Source: Candidatus Hydrogenedentota bacterium (GTDB lineage Bacteria > Hydrogenedentota > Hydrogenedentia > Hydrogenedentales > SLHB01). Taken from it: a stretch of DNA of 64,000 nt. Location of the stretch: the NCBI GenBank assembly GCA_963674865.2, contig CAXXYE010000009.1:1312001-1376000 (forward strand). Reading direction: 5' to 3'. Shown here piece by piece: positions 58,925 to 64,000 of the stretch. Each line of letters begins with the position of its first letter. Positions within the stretch are counted from its first letter, which is position 1. The notes below the pieces were generated by a model, which was not told the DNA's origin, made no database searches, and worked only from the letters and a program-made list of their open reading frames with translations. The position numbers were made by a program, and so were the translations under genes.

Positions 58925-59881
58925 ATGGCAAGATCCGACACGATAGAGGCCGTTCTTGAGCCGCTGCGCCGGATGTTGGCGCGCTGCCGAATCTGCGGCA
59001 ACCGCTGCGGTATTGATCGAACGGCGTGTGCGGTGGGCCGGTGTAGGGCCGATGCCGCCGACCTGGAGCATGTGCGCGTCGCCTCACACACGCTGCATTT
59101 CGGAGAAGAGCCGCCCTTGGTGGGACGCGGCGGCTCCGGGACGGTGTTCTTCGCTCACTGTAACCTCCGCTGCGTATTCTGCCAGAACCACCAGATAAGC
59201 CAGGGCGGCCTGGGGACGGAGATTCACTACCGCCAGCTGGCCGACATTTTCCTCGACCTACAGCGGCGCGGCGCTGAGAATGTCAACCTGGTTACCCCCA
59301 CGCACTTCATCTATCCCATCTTGCTCGCCCTGCACGATGCGCATGTCCGCGGGCTGGACCTGCCGCTTGTCTATAACACCAACGCTTACGAAGACACGGC
59401 GTTTCTTCGCCTGTTGGACGGCATTGTCGATGTGTATCTGCCCGACATGAAGTACATGGACGCGGCTGAGGCCGAGCGCTATTCGGGAGTCAAGGGCTAT
59501 CCGGCTGTGGCGAAAGAAGCTCTCGCGGAAATGCTCCGGCAAACCGGCCTGCTGAATGTCGAGAACGGAGTCGCCAAGCGTGGGATCATCCTGCGCCACC
59601 TCGTCTTGCCGGACAATCTCGGCGGAAGTTACGACCTGCTCCTGTGGCTGCGCGACGCCGGCCTTACCGGCATCACCTTGAGCCTGATGAGCCAATACGC
59701 GCCGCAACACCATGCCGGGGACTACCCCGAGCTTGAAGCGCCTATCAGCCCCAAGGAATACGAGGATCTAGTCGAATACGCCCTGACACAGGGACTCGAG
59801 TGTCTTCTGGTACAAGAAACCGGCAGCCAGAGTCTTTACGTGCCTGACTTCCGTAAGCGGGAGCCCTTTGCTCCCCCATGA
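58925..59881 (+). CDS. Radical SAM protein, PflX-like
   Basis: CRICGNRC, HFGEEPPL, CNLRCVFCQN, NLVTPTH, YLPDMKY, RHLVLP. Confidence 0.9.
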   Translation: MARSDTIEAVLEPLRRMLARCRICGNRCGIDRTACAVGRCRADAADLEHVRVASHTLHFGEEPPLVGRGGSGTVFFAHCNLRCVFCQNHQISQGGLGTEIHYRQLADIFLDLQRRGAENVNLVTPTHFIYPILLALHDAHVRGLDLPLVYNTNAYEDTAFLRLLDGIVDVYLPDMKYMDAAEAERYSGVKGYPAVAKEALAEMLRQTGLLNVENGVAKRGIILRHLVLPDNLGGSYDLLLWLRDAGLTGITLSLMSQYAPQHHAGDYPELEAPISPKEYEDLVEYALTQGLECLLVQETGSQSLYVPDFRKREPFAPP

Positions 59882-60098
59882 CTGGGGGCATTCAGCGTCG
59901 CTGTCGTACCGCTGCGCTCTGACCCCGGTGGCCGGGGCGCCAATTGTGCCGCGCGTCAAGTCACCGGGAAACAAAGACACTGTCGAAATGGCTGGCCTCA
60001 CCCATCCGGTGAGTCACTGTCGGAAGACGACGCCATATCCAAGCGCCGTGTGCGCGGCACCGTTGAGCTATCCGGCGATTGCGGCTCTGACGTAGCCA

Positions 60099-60128
60099 TT
60101 GCGGGGAATTCCGCCGGATTGGTATACT
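60099..60128 (+). promoter_or_regulatory. Putative sigma70 promoter of yebC-ruvC
   Basis: TTGCGG-18 bp-TATACT with a TG extended -10, followed by a GCAA-tetraloop hairpin at 60141-60158. Confidence 0.5.
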
Positions 60129-60190
60129 TGTCGGTGCACGAGGCGGGGCAACCCGCCTAACCTAGGCTGTGTAAATGGAGAACCGCGTCT

Positions 60191-60943
60191 ATGTCCGGTC
60201 ATTCAAAATGGAGCACGATTAAGCGTAAGAAAGGTGCCGCCGACGCCAAACGCGGCAAGATCTTCTCAAAGCTCGCGAAGGAGATTGCTGTCGCAGCCAA
60301 GGAAGGGGGAGGCGACCCCGCCGGCAACCCGCGCTTACGAACGGTGCTGCTCGCCGCCAAGGCCCAGAACATGCCCAAGGATAACGTCGATCGGGCGATC
60401 AAGAAGGGCACCGGCGAACTTCCCGGCGTGACGTATGAGGAGGCGATCTATGAGGGCTATGCGCCCGGCGGCGTGGCCATTGTTGTCTCCGTTCTCACGG
60501 ACAATAAGAACCGGACGGTGTCGGAAATTCGCCATATCCTCACGAAACACGGCGGCAGCATGGCTGAAACCGGCGCGGTTACCTGGAACTTCGAGCAGAA
60601 GGGCCTGATTCATATACCGAAAGATGCGTGCAGCGAGGAGGACATGTTCGAGAAGGCCATTGACGCCGGGGCCGAGGACGTTGACACCGAGAGCGACGTG
60701 TTTGAACTCATGACGGCGCCTCAGGATCTGCACGCGGTGTCCGAGGCCCTTGAGGGCATGGGACTGAAAGCCGAGAACGTCCAGCTTACGATGCAGCCGA
60801 AAACCGTTGTGCAGGTCGAGGGGAAAGCGGCCGAGGCCGTCCTGCGTATGATGGAGTTTCTCGAAGACCACGAAGACGTGCAAAACGTCTACGCCAACTT
60901 CGACATCTCTGAAGAGGAGATGGCCGCGATCGCGGAGGCCTAA
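60191..60943 (+). CDS. yebC: YebC/PmpR family protein
   Basis: [37 protein letters not shown]. Confidence 0.97.
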   Translation: MSGHSKWSTIKRKKGAADAKRGKIFSKLAKEIAVAAKEGGGDPAGNPRLRTVLLAAKAQNMPKDNVDRAIKKGTGELPGVTYEEAIYEGYAPGGVAIVVSVLTDNKNRTVSEIRHILTKHGGSMAETGAVTWNFEQKGLIHIPKDACSEEDMFEKAIDAGAEDVDTESDVFELMTAPQDLHAVSEALEGMGLKAENVQLTMQPKTVVQVEGKAAEAVLRMMEFLEDHEDVQNVYANFDISEEEMAAIAEA

Positions 60944-61429
60944 GTGCGTGTGCTCGGGTTTGACCCGGGAACCGCGACCACGGGATTCGGCGTGGTCGAA
61001 GGAAAGGGCACCCGCCTCATCCATATTGGCCATGGCATCATTTCGACGCCCGCGAAGCAGCATTTTGCCGAGCGGCTGAAGACGATCTTCGAGCAGGCCG
61101 GCCGCCTCATCGAACATCACGCCCCGGATGCCGTGGCCATCGAGAAGCTGTATTTCTCGCGCAATGTCACCACGGGCATCTCCGTTGCCCAGGCGCGCGG
61201 TGTTATCGCTTTGGCCGCGGCCCTCGCCGGGAAGCCCATCGGCGAATTCAGTCCGCTCGAGGTGAAAAACGCCGTCGTTGGCTACGGAAAGGCCAGCAAA
61301 CGCCAGGTTCAGGAGATGGTGAAGATCCTCCTGAATCTCGACGATCTCCCCAGGCCGGACGATGCCGCTGACGCGCTTGGCCTTGCCATTTGCCAGATCA
61401 ACGCGGGGCGTTTGCCCGAGAGCCTTTGA
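60944..61429 (+). CDS. ruvC: Holliday junction resolvase RuvC
   Basis: LGFDPG, AIEKLYF, VGYGKASK, DDAADAL. Confidence 0.97.
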   Translation: MRVLGFDPGTATTGFGVVEGKGTRLIHIGHGIISTPAKQHFAERLKTIFEQAGRLIEHHAPDAVAIEKLYFSRNVTTGISVAQARGVIALAAALAGKPIGEFSPLEVKNAVVGYGKASKRQVQEMVKILLNLDDLPRPDDAADALGLAICQINAGRLPESL

Positions 61430-61458
61430 ATCTCGGCGTCAATGGGGGGGATCACGCC

Positions 61459-62901
61459 TCATCCTGTCTCCGCTCGGAGTTGCTCCTGGGCGAGGCGCGC
61501 CATGACTCCGCGGCGTGTCTTCAAGCCGTCTTTCCCCTCTCTTTCCGGCCACGGAAGGAAAACGCGGGGCACCTTGTGGTTGGGCAGGTGTCGGGCGAGG
61601 AGGCTTGTCAGGGCCGCGGGATCAAGGTTCTCGCGGCCGCCAATCCGAACGAATGCGACGGGCACGTGGCCCATCGCCGCATGCTCGACAGGAACGACAA
61701 GGGCGTCGGCGACTCCCGGAAGGTTGCGCAGATGCGCTTCGATCTCCTCCGGCTGGATATTCTCCCCGCCGCAGATGAACTGGTTATCCTTGCGCCCAGT
61801 GATGCACAGATAACCTGCATCGTCAAGCCGGCCAAGATCGCCCGTAGGGAACCAGCCGTCATCCGTGAGGGGCAGCACGACCTCCTCGCCGCTCAGATAG
61901 CCGGCAAACAAGGTTTGGCCTTGCACGAGTACCTCGCCCTGCTCGGAAATGCGCAGCGTCTTCGGCGTGAGGGGAGTTCCCGATGAGAGCAGGTGTTCCA
62001 GGGAGTCGCCGGGGCGCGTGGCGGCCATTTGCGAGGCCGTCTCCGTGAGGCCGTAACTCGTATAGAGCCGAAGTCCAAGGGCCATTCCTTGCCGGATGAG
62101 GCACTCCGGCATGGGGCCGCCCCCAAGCAGGATAGCCTTCAGCGACTGGAGGGCGGCGATGCCCGCGTCCTCCTGGAGCAGGCGATATAGTTGTGTTGTC
62201 ACAAGTGATGCGTGCGTCGCGCCATACCGCCCGATGGCTTCCGGCAGGCTCTCCCCGGCTTCAGGTACGGAAACTGCCGCCCCGCTCAGTAGGCACCGGA
62301 ATAGGACGCCCAGCCCCGCGACGTGATACAGCGGGAGTGATAGCAGCCAGCGATCTCCCGGCGCTAGGCGGATGTTGCGGTTCGATGCGATCGCGCTGTG
62401 GTAATGGTTTGCGAACGTGAGCACCGCCGCTTTCGGCGTCGCGCAACTTCCCGAAGTGAAGAGGATTGTGGCAGGTCGGCTGAGGTGGAACGCCGGGAGT
62501 TCTTCCCGAGCGGGGGCACTTGCCAGGATTTCGCTCATGGGAAGAGTGGGGGCGGCGCCCACATTCTCGTGGCAGGCTTCCTCGCCCAAGAGAACGATCC
62601 GGGGACGTAGTGCTTCGAGCTGTGCGCGTAGATTTGCTGGTGGCAGGCCTGGATTAAGCGGGCAGGCGATCACGCCCAGGCGGAAACACGCCATGAGTAA
62701 GATGGGCAGGTCCACGGACGGGCTCGCCACGACGGCGACTCTCTGGCCCGGCTGGAGTCCGGTTTCGAGCAATCCAGTAGCGATGTCCACCGTCTTGCGG
62801 CGGTACTCGGAAAAGGTATAGCTGCCCTGCGCACCGACAAGTGCGATTTCGTCGTCGCATTCTCGGGCGATGTCATCGAGCGGCCAATGCGTTTCAGACA
62901 C
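61459..62901 (-). CDS. menE: o-succinylbenzoate--CoA ligase
   Basis: FTSGS...PK, LPLYHVAG, SYGLTE, GRKDNQFICGGENIQPEEIE; adjacent to menC. Confidence 0.9.
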   Translation of the reverse strand: MSETHWPLDDIARECDDEIALVGAQGSYTFSEYRRKTVDIATGLLETGLQPGQRVAVVASPSVDLPILLMACFRLGVIACPLNPGLPPANLRAQLEALRPRIVLLGEEACHENVGAAPTLPMSEILASAPAREELPAFHLSRPATILFTSGSCATPKAAVLTFANHYHSAIASNRNIRLAPGDRWLLSLPLYHVAGLGVLFRCLLSGAAVSVPEAGESLPEAIGRYGATHASLVTTQLYRLLQEDAGIAALQSLKAILLGGGPMPECLIRQGMALGLRLYTSYGLTETASQMAATRPGDSLEHLLSSGTPLTPKTLRISEQGEVLVQGQTLFAGYLSGEEVVLPLTDDGWFPTGDLGRLDDAGYLCITGRKDNQFICGGENIQPEEIEAHLRNLPGVADALVVPVEHAAMGHVPVAFVRIGGRENLDPAALTSLLARHLPNHKVPRVFLPWPEREGKDGLKTRRGVMARLAQEQLRAETG

Positions 62902-64000
62902 GGTAGACCTCAGTCAGCTTCTTCCAGTCCACGCTCTGGCCGGCGTCACCGACCTGCCGCAAACTCAGGTGTCCGTCGAGCACGACGAGGCGGCTCCTTA
63001 GTAAGGTTTCGGCAAACCAATCCTGCGTGTCCAGGCCCATGGCAGTATCGCCGTGGAGGTCGACGGCCGCGGCGAGAGCGGCCAAGGCGCAGAGCCCCAC
63101 GCCCGACTCGAAGGCGGCGCTGATCACGGGAGTGATGCCAAGGTCTATGGCTAGGCGCGCGAGCTTGATGGTGTTCTCGAAGCCCCCCAGGAAGGTTGGT
63201 TTCAGGACGACGGCGTCGAGCCACGGGTCGGTGCTGGTGATAAGCTCCGGCGCCTCGACGAGACTCTCGTCCAAAGCCACCGGGAGATCCGTCTCTTCCA
63301 TGAAGGCGCCCAGTTCGGTGGGGTCGTTGATAGGCTCTTCGATGTACTCGATAGCGCAGTCTTGGATGCCCGCCGCGAATGCGATGGCGGTATCATAATT
63401 CCAGGCGCGGTTCGCATCCAGGCGCAGGGCCACGCCGGGCGGGATCGCGTGGGACACTTTCTTGACAAGGTCGATGTCTTCGGCGAGTGGCCGTGAGCCT
63501 ACCTTGAGCTTCATTGCCGGATAGTTTCTCTGCGCGAGCGCAAAGGCGCTTGCCAAGACCTCCTCTGCTGTTCCCGAGAGCAAGCCGTTGATGGCGATGG
63601 CGCGCAGCGGCTCATCGCACAGGAGGCGTTCGAGCGGGACGCCCTGCTGCAAGGCGATGAGGCCCAGCACGGCCGCCTCGAAGCCGCAGCGCACGGATGG
63701 GGGCAGTCCAAGCTCACCGATCCAATCTTCGAAACCCGAGGTCATTGTTTCCAGGCCTAAGGGAATCTCAGCGCCTCTGATGCGCTCGGCAAGAAAGATT
63801 GCCGCCTGTTCGGCCTCCTCGAGAGTTTCCCTGCTTGAGCCCGGGAGCGGTGCTATCTCGCCCAGGCCTACGCTTCCCGAGTCGTCAATGAGCTCCAGGA
63901 TGAGTCCGGAGCGGTTCGCAAGGGATCGGCTCCCCCCAATCGGCAGAGGGCGAGCCAGGGGCAGGTCGTATCGATAGATCTGGATGACGTGTATGTTCAC
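62894..64000 (-). CDS. menC: o-succinylbenzoate synthase (start at the window edge)
   Basis: GEIAPLPG.S.E, KLKVG, LRLDANRAW, YIEEP, ALDES, KPT..GG. Confidence 0.9.
   Translation of the reverse strand: MNIHVIQIYRYDLPLARPLPIGGSRSLANRSGLILELIDDSGSVGLGEIAPLPGSSRETLEEAEQAAIFLAERIRGAEIPLGLETMTSGFEDWIGELGLPPSVRCGFEAAVLGLIALQQGVPLERLLCDEPLRAIAINGLLSGTAEEVLASAFALAQRNYPAMKLKVGSRPLAEDIDLVKKVSHAIPPGVALRLDANRAWNYDTAIAFAAGIQDCAIEYIEEPINDPTELGAFMEETDLPVALDESLVEAPELITSTDPWLDAVVLKPTFLGGFENTIKLARLAIDLGITPVISAAFESGVGLCALAALAAAVDLHGDTAMGLDTQDWFAETLLRSRLVVLDGHLSLRQVGDAGQSVDWKKLTEVYRV

Overview
A GC-rich bacterial chromosomal window with about 47 supportable protein-coding genes, one intact IS30-family element, and no rRNA, tRNA or CRISPR array that I could recognise. 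Housekeeping genes (thrS, hisS, pyrD, rlmB, corA, an MscS-type channel, yebC, ruvC, menE, menC) are interleaved with accessory blocks. These are secreted glycan-active enzymes, a carbamoyltransferase/GT4/GT4/PIG-L operon, a type IV pilus operon (pilB-pilT-pilS-pilR), a sigma54-controlled redox/transport operon, a sugar catabolism/ABC cluster and a ~1700-aa surface protein. The gene style suggests a diderm such as Ca. Hydrogenedentes, but this is inference only. The top finding is the first gene of the pilus operon: an MshEN/T2SSE-N (c-di-GMP receptor-type) domain fused through a long linker to an intact DnaA AAA+ domain lacking DNA-binding domain IV, a candidate link between pilus or c-di-GMP state and replication initiation. 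The second is the sigma54 operon (thioredoxin, CoA-persulfide reductase-rhodanese, DUF302, MMPL, LolA-like, outer-membrane barrel). Its inner- and outer-membrane components share a repeated PxLP[AP]GLG peptide, and it is a candidate sulfur/polysulfide trans-envelope system. All calls come from manual motif reading; no searches were run.
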